DNA of 64,000 nucleotides, taken from NCBI GenBank assembly GCA_964016885.1, contig OZ024765.1, forward strand, positions 3,534,001 through 3,598,000. The letters are read 5' to 3'. The stretch comes from Eledone cirrhosa (lineage: Eukaryota). Positions 52,136 through 64,000 of the stretch are shown piece after piece. The position numbers and the translations under genes are program-made. How positions within the stretch are numbered: position 1 is the first letter of the stretch; each line of letters opens with the position of its first letter. Under the pieces are notes generated by a model, which worked only from the letters and a program-made list of their open reading frames with translations, had not been told where the DNA came from and ran no database searches.

Positions 52136-53219
52136 GTTCCTAATAAAGAAGATGAATGATGGTGATGATGGCGAAGAAGAAGGCCAATAACAACAATTCA
52201 AATTTGACAGGAAAATATTAGTTGACAATACAACCACCTCATACAGGATTCCTCACAAGGTTATATAAACTGTTTAGTGACCGGATAGAACCAACCAGAA
52301 CCGGTTTGGGCCGGGTTGGTAACACAAGAGTTAAAGAGGAACTCTTTGAAATGGGTGGATTTTGGCCATGTTTAGGAACCCTTTCGAATAGGTAGTTTTA
52401 TTTCATAGAACCAGGTGGGGTTTTGGCAGAGTTAATATCAAAAGAGTTACACAGGGTCCCTTTAAAATGGATGGTTACGCCTCATAGAGCCAGAGGGTGT
52501 TTAGGCCGGTTTGGTATCGAAATTGTTACACAGGATCCCTCTAAAATGGATGGTTATGCCTCATAGAGCCAGAGGGGGGTTTTGGCTGAGTTAATATGAA
52601 AAGGGTTAAATAGGAACCTCTTATTTTAGTACAAAGCAATGTAAAAGATATAGAAAAGAAGCAGGATAACATAGTTTATATTTGATACGACACTGAATTT
52701 AATACCTCCACCTCCACTACCACCACCATGACCACCTCCACCACCTCTACCACTACCACAAACACCACCATGACTACCTCCACTACCACCACCAATACCA
52801 TCACCGCCATGGCCACATCTACCACTACCACCAACACCACCATGACTACCTCCACCACTACCACCAACACCACCATGATCACCTCTACCACTACCACCAA
52901 CACCTCCACCACCATGACTACCTCCACCACCACCACCAACAATAACAACAAAACCACTACTACTACTACTACCACTACCATTACCACTACTACTACCACT
53001 ACTACCACTACTACTACTGCTACTACTACCACTGCCACTGCCACTGCCACTACCACTACTACCACTGCCACTACTACCACTACTACTACTACTACTACAC
53101 AATATATGCACCACAGGCAAATCAACCTGTATAAAGTGTTCCATGCTGCCGCTCCCTAATTCCACCTTCCTCCACCCCTAGCCCCCACTACGTACCCCCA
53201 GTGACCCATTACGACACTC

Positions 53220-53742
53220 CACCACCACCACCGCCATAACCCCTACCACACCACCACCACCGCCATCACTCCTACCACACCACCACCACCACCGCCATCA
53301 CTCCTACCACACCACCACCGCCGCCATAACCCCTACCACACCACCACCACCGCCATCACTCCTACCACACCACCACCACCACCGCCATCACTCCTACCAC
53401 ACCACCACACCACCACCACCGCCATAACCCCTACCACACCACCACCACCACCGCCATAACCCCTACCACACCACCACCGCCACCGCCATCACTCCTACCA
53501 CACCACCACCACCGCCATAACCCCTACCACACCACCACCACCGCCATCACTCCTACCACACCACCACCACCGCCATAACCCCTACCACACCACCACCACC
53601 GCCATAACCCCTACCACACCACCACCACCGCCATAACCCCTACCACACCACCACCACCATAACCCCTACCACACCACCACCACCGCCATAACCCCTACCA
53701 CACCACCACCACCACCGCCATAACCCCTACCACACCACCATC
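53220..53742. repeat. Minisatellite of about 30 bp (CCACCACCACCGCCATAACCCCTACCACA)
   Basis: Direct periodicity. Confidence 0.93.
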
Positions 53743-54160
53743 ACTTCTACCCCCCCACCTTCAGGCTAAATCTAAAGTTGCACTCGATGACCTGTCCCAT
53801 AACGTCCTTGCCCGACATGGTTGTCCTGAGTGTATGTATATGTATGTATGTGTATAGGTATGTGTGTGTATGTGTATAGGTATGTGTGTGTATATGTATG
53901 TGTGTGTGTATATATATGTCTGTATATATGTGTGTATATATCTCTATGTGCATGTATGTCTTGGTATGTGTGTGTGTATGTATGTGAGTGTATATATGTA
54001 TGTCCGTATGTATGTGTGTATGTGTATGTGTGTATATGTATGTGTATGTGTGTGTGTATCTATGTGAATGTGTGTACATCTTTATGTGTGTGTCTGTGCG
54101 TGTATGTCTTGGTATGTGTGTGTGTATGTATGTCTCTCAATGTGTATCTGAGTGTGTGAG

Positions 54161-54191
<31 letters not shown>

Positions 54192-54345
54192 TTGTGTGTT
54201 TCTGTGTGTGTATGAGTTTGTTATTTTTACCACAGTCTGTGTATGAATATGTAAGAGTATCATTTCATAACAAACAAACACACCCTTCCCACATCTCTTT
54301 CTTTCTCTATATATGGGTGTGTGTATATATACAGATATATATAAT

Positions 54346-54386
<41 letters not shown>

Positions 54387-54634
54387 CACACACATATATC
54401 TATATATATATATATATATATATATAGATATCGTTTCTGAATTTGTTTAGCAAGATTCTTTATCTGAAAACGTGTGTTGAAACCGATATTGTTATATTTG
54501 GGAGGGTCATGTTGCCAATAAGAAACACATGCACCAGTTGCTTTCACTTCAATTTATTATAATAAATTTATAAATTTAGGAATTTATAAATTTCCGGTTG
54601 GTTGGTTCCACAACCAGATGGTTGTTTATATATT

Positions 54635-54677
54635 GTCAAAGGTCTTTCGTCACGCATTCTGTGACCTCTTCAGTGAC
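54635..54677 (-). ncRNA. Type I HHR, family N
   Basis: rc GTCA-CTGAAGA-GGTCAC(AGAATGC)GTGAC-GAAAGACCTT^TGAC. Fold-back derivative at 56115-56191. Confidence 0.72.
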
Positions 54678-55022
54678 TGGGGATTCTTTTCTTTGTTTTT
54701 TGTTTTTTGTGCCTCTCTTTTGTTCTGTCCTACGCCATCTTGTTTTTGTGTGTGTGTTCTTGTGTGTGTGTTTTTGTGTGTGTGTGTATTATATATATAG
54801 AAGGATAAGTATTTAACCTTAATTTTATTCTGAGTTAAGACTATTGGTTTTTTCCCTGGATTTCACAAAATCTGTGGATGAAATTTTTGTCTTGACTTTT
54901 TTAAAATTTAGTTTGAATTATTTTCCCATATCTTACGTTAAATATTTTCCATCTTGACGTTATAGTCACTTATATATTATGAAATACTGTTGGCTTCTTG
55001 CTCACATTAATTTCTCTATTTT

Positions 55023-55209
55023 AAAGGCGGTGAATTGGCAGTATCGGTAGAGGGTTGGACGCCATGCTTTCTAGCATAGTTACGTCCCTTTACGGTCTGA
55101 GTTCAAATCCCGCCAAGGTTAACTTTGCCTTTCATCCTTACGGGGTCGATAAAATAAAGTACCAGTAATGTACTGGGTAATTGCTGGCCTTGTGCCTAAA
55201 GTAGAAACA
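55023..55209 (+). mobile_element. Full-length SINE family 1 with 17-bp TSD
   Basis: A box TGGCAGTATCGG, B box GAGTTCAAATCC; ATTAATTTCTCTATTTT at 55006-55022 and 55210-55226. Confidence 0.93.
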
Positions 55210-55223
55210 ATTAATTTCTCTAT

Positions 55224-55285
<62 letters not shown>

Positions 55286-55289
55286 AAAA

Positions 55290-55635
55290 GTTCTATTTAA
55301 AATTGTTGGGATACAACAAGTAAATATTTTTATAACTGATATAAAGCACTCGACAAGTTTTTGGAGTAGATATACGATATTAATAAATGGAAACTATATT
55401 TATAAAACCATATTTATTTCATTATACATATTTCAGGGATACCACATTAAATTATGGCATGCCTTCATCAGACAAAATACAATATCCAGACAGCCTCCAA
55501 AAGTAATGGTTGCATTTTAATAGGGTACGTCAAAGCTATTTATAAAACTGTTATATATTGTATTTTGTCTGATGAAGGCATACCATAATTTAATGTCGTA
55601 TCCCTGAAATATGTACAATGAAATAAATATGGTTT

Positions 55636-55645
<10 letters not shown>
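55290..55645. mobile_element. Palindromic family D element; HHRs at 55415-55479 (-) and 55561-55625 (+)
   Basis: Inverted CTGATGAAGGCAT...CCCTGAAATATGTA arms. The + copy has the triplet mutated to ACA. Confidence 0.75.
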
Positions 55646-55671
<26 letters not shown>

Positions 55672-56642
55672 ATACATTAACAGAGAAAGCCTTAAGCGAT
55701 ACTCTGACCAACTCCATCTCACTCAACAAACATTACTCTTTTACTCTTTAACCTGTTTCAGCCATCCGGCTGAGGCCATGCTGGGGCACCGCCCTTGATA
55801 TAATTTTCCCATTTTAGTGTTTGGGGTGCTAACTATGCTGTATTTTGTGGATAGCTGATTGTATTATTTATATGAGACATAATTAAATAAATATCTCTTT
55901 ATATATAAGAAACAGGGGCTGTGTAGTTGCTGGAAAGGGCGTATTTATAAATAAGAGGAAAGCACGAACGGGGGATAATTTTCCTTCATCAGCTGTCTGC
56001 TGGAGATCATGGATATTTCTACGTATATATATATGACCCTCCCAAAGTATAACAATATCGGTTTCAACACACGTTTTCAGATAAAGAATCTTGCTAAACA
56101 AATTCAGAAACGAAATATATTGTCAAAGTTCTTTCGTCACACAGTGACCTGAAGTCACAGAATGGTGTGACGAAAGAACTTTGACAATATATGAACAACC
56201 GTCCGGTTGTGGAACCAACCAACCAACCAACCGGAAATTTATAAATTTCTTAAATTTCTTAAATTTATAATTTAATTTATAATAAAGTGGAGTGAAAGCA
56301 ACTGGTGCGTGTGTTTCTTATTGGCAACATGACCCTCCCAAAGAATAACAATATATATATATATATGAGACTATACAAAGTAAGTTAAGTATAATTTATA
56401 ATTTATAATAAAATGGAGTGAAAGCAACTGGTGCGTGTGTTTCTTATTGGCAACATGACCCTCCCAAAGAATAACAATATATATATATGAGACTATACAA
56501 AGTAAGTTAAGTATAATTTATAATTTATAATAAATTAGAGTGAAAGTAACTGGTGCGTGTGTTTCTTATTGGCAACATGACCCACCCAAAGTATAACAAT
56601 ATATATATATATATATATATATTTATTAAAATAACAGATTAA

Positions 56643-56693
56643 AGTTTAAGCAAAGAATCGCTGCTTTCACCCTTAACGGGATCTTCTGAAACT
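56643..56693 (-). ncRNA. HHR-like motif, family M
   Basis: Reverse complement of 48186-48236. Confidence 0.65.
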
Positions 56694-56877
56694 AACAAAG
56701 TCAATCTGTGAACGCAGTTATTTTAATAAATATTTGCTCTACGGTTCTTATATATTTGATATATATTTATCCTTATCGAGTCCTCTTTGGATTTTAGTCT
56801 TCAAATTTATTATTATTACTATATATATATATTTCTGACTGTTATTTTCTCTATATATGTGTACTGATATTTCACAG

Positions 56878-56928
<51 letters not shown>

Positions 56929-58744
56929 TTATGTAATGGGATGATAGTAACTAGAGATGAATATAGAAACTGTGGTGGTGTTGGTGGTAGTAGTGCTGTT
57001 CATAGTACAGGTGGTGGTAGTGTAGGTGGCGTTAGTGGTGTTGTTAACATTCCTTTAAAAAAAAAATCGGTGCCACAATTTAAACAACCGGAATTCCCTA
57101 AAAGCCACATGCCCCACCCCACCACTACCACCACCACCACATACTCCCACCCCCCATACCAAACTTAATTCCCCCTCCCCTTTCTTCCCCATGTCCCCTC
57201 CCCCTTTATTACATTAAATCCACCCCCTCCTACCACCACCACCTTGTATCCTACTACCCCTCCCCTCGTTTTTAACTACACCACACACTCCCCACCTCCA
57301 GACTACAACTACCACCAACACTACCACAAAAACAGCAACGGCACCACCACCCCAACAAACACACCACAACCACTACCACTATCACAACAACACCACCACC
57401 ACCACCACTACTACAACAACAACCACCACCGTCACCACCGCCACTACTACAACCACCACATCAACAACAACCACCACCACACCACCTCCACCACTACACC
57501 ACCACCGCCACATCAACAACAACCACCACCACCCCAAGCACCAACACATCACCACCACCACCACTACCACCACATCAACAACCACTACCAACACTACCAC
57601 CACTACCACTACCACCACATCAACAACAACCACCACCACACCACCTCCACCACTACACCACCACCGCCACATCAACAACAACCACCACCACCCCAAGCAC
57701 CAACACACCACCACCACTACCACCACATCAACAACCACTACCAACACTACCACTACCACCACATCAACAACAACCACCACCACACCACCTCCACCACTAC
57801 ACCACCACCGCCACATCAACAACAACCACCACCACCCCAAGCACCAACACACCACCACCACTACCACCACATCAACAACCACTACCAACACTACCACCAC
57901 TACCACTACCACCACATCAACAACAACCACCACCACACCACCTCCACCACTACACCACCACCGCCACATCAACAACAACCACCACCACCCCAAGCACCAA
58001 CACACCACCACCACTACCACCACATCAACAACCACTACCAACACTACCACCACTACCACTACCACCACATCAACCTCAACCACCAACACCCCAACTACCA
58101 CAACATCAACTTCAATCACCACCACTACCACCACCCCACCACAACAACCACCACCACCTTCAACACCACCAATAAACCAATGCTGTCTAAAGTAATTAGG
58201 GTGTAGGTGTAACGGGTACATCTGGAGGGTGGGGTGGGGTGGGGGATGACTGCGGGTGAAATAGGGGTGTAGTGTACCTGTTATGGTAGAGAGGGGAGGG
58301 AACAGTGGAGGAGGGGAGAAAGGGTCAGTTAGTGTGTTCAGCATGTTTATTTGGGACCTCTATCACCACCACCACCACCATCTTCACCAACACCACCGCC
58401 ACCTTCACCAACACCACTATTTGCTTTACCATCACCACCACCACCATAACCACCACCACCATCACCACCATCATCATAACCACCACTACCACCACCAACA
58501 CCACATTGATTTTTTTTCTATTTTGGGTATATTTGTATGAATGTGGTGGTGGTGGTGGTGGGGGGGGTAGTAGTAGTGGTGTTGGTGGTGGTTGTGGTGG
58601 TAGTAGTGATATTGGTTGTTGTAGTGGTGTAGGTTGTGGTAGTGGTGGTGTTGTTGTTGGTGGTTAAACTGTGATGATGATGATACATACGTACATACAT
58701 AAATTTATCCATATATATATATACTGTATATATATATATGGATA

Positions 58745-58865
58745 TATAGAAGAGGTTCTACAGGACTAGAACTGTTTCGTTCGTGAGAAATCATCAAGAA
58801 GCTTCCTGATGATTTCTCACGAATGAAACAGTTCTAGTCCTGTAGAAGCTCTTCTATATTAAAAC
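58745..58865. mobile_element. Head-to-head family B palindrome; HHR at 58800-58850 (+)
   Basis: AGCTTC-CTGATGA-TTTC(TCAC)GAAT-GAAACAGTTCTAGTCCTGTA^GAAGCT. Left-arm core is mutated to TTGATGA. Confidence 0.82.
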
Positions 58866-59991
58866 TTTTATACTCTGATATATATATGGATATAATATAT
58901 ATATATATATATATATACACATGTACATACATATATCCACATATGTATGTATATGGACATAATTAAGTTTTTAGTCTCGTCTCAAGCCTCATCACGTGAC
59001 CGACGGGACGGTGTGGGAATATGCGAGATTTCATGTACACAAATACAGAGGAAAATGAGAAAAATAATCGCCAGTTAAATGTTTATACATTGCACATATT
59101 CCAAGACAAATATACATTCGTGTCGTTATCTGTGTGTGTGTGTGTGTGTGTGTGTGTGCTTACTCCACTGGACAGGGTTTGGCTTGTGTCAGACGCTGTG
59201 ACCCCGGGTGGACCAGCAGTACCGTTGGCAGGGGCCGAAATTGCCAAAGTCCACCTCAATGGCCGATGACCCGAGAGTTCTGTATCCTTCGTTTGTACTT
59301 GTATTTAAAAAAAAAAAAAAAATTTTTAAAGGTTTTTCCCTTAGAAAAATATTGTTTTTTGTTTGTTGGTGATGGCTGCAACTCGATTTTGAGTAATGCC
59401 ATTGCTTGATACTTAAGCATGAGCATCATGGACATGGCTTTTCAATCCTGCTAGGGACTTACTTACCTATGGCCAGCAATACTATGCATAGCAAAAAATG
59501 TTACATCAAGCGTTGCCTATGCTTGAAGCTTTTTTTTTTAAGTGAGGAAGGCTTTGCGCGGAGCCAATCCCATTCTCTGAACATTGAATTTCTTTGCCCC
59601 AAAAGTAGAACTGGTCTACACCATTGGATACAAACATGGTGGCTGCCAACTCGTTCTCGAGTACGGCCACTACTTTATATCCATTTAGGAGAACCCTTAC
59701 TGATGCGCTGAATGAGTGTGACATTTTAGTCCAGCCAGCGACTTGAAAACTCTGGTACAAACACTACACTTGTGACAATTACTGACACATAGTGCTGGGC
59801 CCATGGTACCATGTGATGACAAGTGCAGAGAGATCTCCAGATATAAAGCAATGCCTGTGCCGTGAAGCTTTTATAGTGAGATACAAACATACATACATAC
59901 ATACATACATACATACATACATACATACATACATACATACATACATACATACATACATACATACAAACATACATACATACAAACACAACTA

Positions 59992-60290
59992 GTTAGGAAA
60001 TTACAAGTTCAATCTATTAATGGAACAGTAAAAATATGTAAAACATTCCAAAAATGTTGCATCTAATAACTGCATATACACATGTACAGATGCAAAGCAT
60101 ATACACATGCACACATACAATTCAAAACATACACATCCACACATACAATAACATCCATATCTACACATTCATACATACATACATATCTACCTAGTTGATG
60201 TCTAAATTCCAATGAGAGAGTCTTGTGTCTATGTTAGAAACCGACTCTCTCTCTATTGGTAAAACTTTGTGAAATTATAAAACCAGAAGA
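59992..60290 (+). mobile_element. R4/Dong-like non-LTR element, extreme 3' end
   Basis: VRKLQVQSINGTVKICKTFQKCCI* parallels the IHRIQMAAIAGTFKICKTFL* end of the next copy. Confidence 0.65.
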
Positions 60291-60352
60291 ACATACATAC
60301 ATACATAATACATACATAATACATACATAGATACATACATACATACATACAT

Positions 60353-61140
60353 TCCAAAAGCCTGGCATGGAGTTCCAACAAGTTTATGACATCCCACCTT
60401 CAAGGATATCTTTATGCAATACAGGAACAAGAAATCCCTACCAAATATCTGCTTCACAAAAGAGGAGGGCCATCAGTCGACAATAAAATTAGGCTTTGTA
60501 AAACAAAGATCGAAGATGCTAGCCACATTGTTGCCAACTGTGAAAGAATGTCGTCTCGCAACTACCTCCCTATGAGACACGATGGGATAGCTAGAACCAT
60601 CTGGAACGCACTTTGGAAAACAAGATTCAAAACAAACGAGGAGGAATATGTTTAGATAGATGGCACTAAGGAATACTGGTGGAACCTGAAAATAAAAACT
60701 GCCACCAAATTAAAGCACAACCGGCCTGATATTGTTGTTTGGGACCTCACATTGAAAATGTGTTCTGTTGTAGAGATCAGCTGCCCACTTGATGTCAACG
60801 TTGTAAGAAAAATACAGGAGAAGGAGGACATCTACGGGCCATTGATGAGGAGTTTGCAGATCCAGTATCCAAGATACACCTTCAGCTTCATACCCATCAT
60901 TATTGGAGCTACAGGTTATATACCAACCCGCTTGGACCAAAGTATGACTGAACTTGGATTTGTGGACAAAGAGCGCAGCTCCCTAATTCATAGAATACAA
61001 ATGGCTGCGATAGCTGGCACCTTCAAAATTTGCAAAACATTCTTGTGATTAAAGGGATGACAATTTTTTTTCTTTTACAACCTTGCCACCAGGAAGGTGG
61101 CCGGTCAAAAATGTACTCGAAATTAAGAGAAACAGAAACA
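60353..61140 (+). pseudogene. R4/Dong-like non-LTR retrotransposon, 5'-truncated: zinc knuckle plus restriction-like endonuclease
   Basis: ORFs 60386-60655 and 60752-61048 are one frame split by one stop: AIQEQ, (C)RLC...E..SHIV..C, RHD, HNRPDIVVWD...VEISCP, K..KY-like KEDIY, PIIIGATG. Confidence 0.88.
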
Positions 61141-63132
61141 TATACATACATACACATATACACACATACATATACATACACTCACACATACATACATACA
61201 TACACTCACACGTACATACACATATACACACATACATACACTCACACCTACATACACACACATACATACACACACACATACATACATACATACATAGACA
61301 TACACTGCCATTGTGTGACTGACTATAATCCTCTTTCTGTACAAACACATGTACACACACACACAGCCATACAAACAAACCCATTTACACACACATGCTT
61401 TCACGTTCAAACACACACACACATGCCCTTACCTTTACATACATGCTCTAACTTACACACACATGGTCACACGTTGCACACACATGTTTACACGTACACA
61501 CATACATATCTGTACACAAACAGAATTTCATGCTCTGTGCACACACATGCGTGACATCACGTATCCGAACACACACACACACACACACACACACACGACC
61601 TTGCACCACGTTATCAGCTAAAACCCAGCTAACACCCTCCCCTATATATATATATAAAGTATATATATATATATATATATATATACTCAAATCCATACAT
61701 ACACACATACATACGTACTTAGAAACGTGTATACATAACCACCACAACCCCCTCCACCACTGGCAATACCATCACCACCGGCACCGCCACCTCCAGTGGT
61801 ACCTGATCAAATAGTGTCTATATTTAGAATGCTTCACACCACCACCACCACCATCTTTGGTGATACCAGCCCCCCCCCCCCCTTGGCAATACCACTACCA
61901 CCACAAACAACACACCACCACCTCCACCACTACTCTTGGCAATACCACCACCACCACCACTACTCTTGGCAATACCACCACCACCACCACCACCACCCTT
62001 GGCAATACCACTACCACCACAAACAACACCCCCCCCATCTCCACACCCTTGGCAATACCACCACCACCACTACCAACACCACCACCCTTGGCAATACCAC
62101 TACCACCACCTCCACCCTTGGCAATACCACTACCACCACAACAACACCACCACCACCACAACAACACACCACCACCACAACAACACACCACCACCACAAC
62201 CACCACGGTGGTGGTGGTGTTGGTGGTGTGTTGTTGTGGTGGTAGTGGTGTTAGTGGTGTTAGTGGTGGCATCAATGGTGGTGGTGTTGGTGGTGTTAGA
62301 GCCAGTGGTGGTAGTGATACAGCCAGTGGTGTAGTGGTATAGCCAGTGGTGGTAGTGGTGTAGTGGTACAGCCAGTGGTAGTAGTGGTGTAGTGGTGTAG
62401 TGGTAGTGGTACAGCCAGTGGTGGTAGTGGTAGTGGCACAGCCAGTGGTAGTAGTGGTGTAGTGGTATAGCCAGTGGTGGTAGTGGTAGTGGTACAGCCA
62501 GTGGTAGTGGTACAGCCAGTGGTAGTAGTGGTGTAGTGGTACAGCCAGTGGTGTAGTGGTGTAGTGGTACAGCCAGTGGTAGTAGTGGTAGTGGCACAGC
62601 CAGTGGTAGTAGTGGTGTAGTGGTACAGCCAGTGGTAGTGGTACAGCCAGTGGTGTAGTGGTGTAGTGGTACAGCCAGTGGTAGTAGTGGTAGTGGCACA
62701 GCCAGTGGTAGTAGTGGTAGTGGCACAGCCAGTGGTAGTAGTGGTGTAGTGGTATAGCCAGTGGTGGTAGTGGTAGTGGTACAGCCAGTGGTAGTAGTGG
62801 TAGTGGTACAGCCAGTGGTGGTAGTGGTACAGCCAGTGGTAGTGGTACAGCCAGTGGTGTAGTGGTGTAGTGGTACAGCCAGTGGTAGTGGCACAGCCAG
62901 TGGTAGTAGTGGTAGTGGTACAGCCAGTGGTGTAGTGGTGTAGTGGTACAGCCAGTGGTAGTGGCACAGCCAGTGGTAGTAGTGGTAGTGGTACAGCCAG
63001 TGGTGGTAGTGGTGTAGTGGTACAGCCAGTGGTGGTATGGGACTATATTTAGACAGATACAACAACACATATCCTGCTACAGTTCTATCTTCACTTCCAC
63101 CTTAACTTTTTGACTGACCCTCTGGTCTTTGG

Positions 63133-64000
63133 TACACATACATACCTACACACACACACATACATACCTACACATACACACATACATACCTACACATACA
63201 CACATACCTACACATACACACATACATACCTACACATACACATACATACCTACACATACACACATACCTACACATACACACATACATACCTACACATACA
63301 CACACACATACCTACACATACACACATACCTACACATACATACCTACACATACACACATACATACCTACACATACACACATACATACCTACACATACACA
63401 CATACATACCTACACATACACACATACACACATACATACCTACACATACACACATACATACCTACACATACACACATACATACCTACACATACACACATA
63501 CATACCTACACATACACACATACACACATACATACCTACACATACACACATACATACCTACACATACACACATACATACCTACACATACACACACACATA
63601 CACACATACATACCTACACATACACACATACATACCTACACATACACACATACATACCTACACATACACACCTACACATACACACATACATACCTACACA
63701 TACACACATACACACATACATACCTACACATACACACATACATATACACATACATACCTACACATACACACATACGTACCTACACATACACACATACACA
63801 CATACATACCTACACATACATACCTACACATACACACACATACCTACACATACACACATACATATACATACCTACACATACACACATACATACCTACACA
63901 TACACATACATATACATACCTACACATACACACATACATATACATACCTACACATACACACATACATATACATACCTACACATACACATACATACCTACA
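63133..64000. repeat. CATACCTACACATACACA-type minisatellite
   Basis: Direct observation; runs off the window end. Confidence 0.95.

Noticed and set aside
50522-52237. 571-aa Asn/Thr-rich and 517-aa Leu/Val-rich ORFs
   Set aside because: Stop-free translation of a GTT/GGT array; no domain or splice evidence.
57244-58206. His/Pro/Asn-rich 320-aa ORF
   Set aside because: Tandem CCA/CAA-rich units of about 130 bp; no evidence of coding constraint.

Overview
Eukaryotic, extremely repeat-rich DNA with no supportable protein-coding gene. The SINE motifs and microsatellite load suggest an octopus-like cephalopod (inference). Nearly all tracked ORFs are translations of (TA)n, (CA)n, (GA)n or trinucleotide repeats. 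The real content is tRNA-derived SINEs, 3' remnants of RTE, Tx1/L1-like and R4/Dong-like LINEs, hAT MITEs, a non-autonomous Helitron-like element and several satellites. The main signal is about 35 type I hammerhead ribozyme (HHR) motifs from about a dozen unrelated sequence families, counted by eye. They lie on both strands and mostly in (TA)n tracts. Many occur as fold-back palindromes, many have a minimal palindromic helix III, and several families show compensatory base changes between copies. They are best read as termini of Penelope-like retroelements (PLEs) or retrozyme-like non-autonomous elements. One 1.3 kb palindrome also duplicated a neighbouring unrelated element. All folds were made by hand; none was tested computationally.
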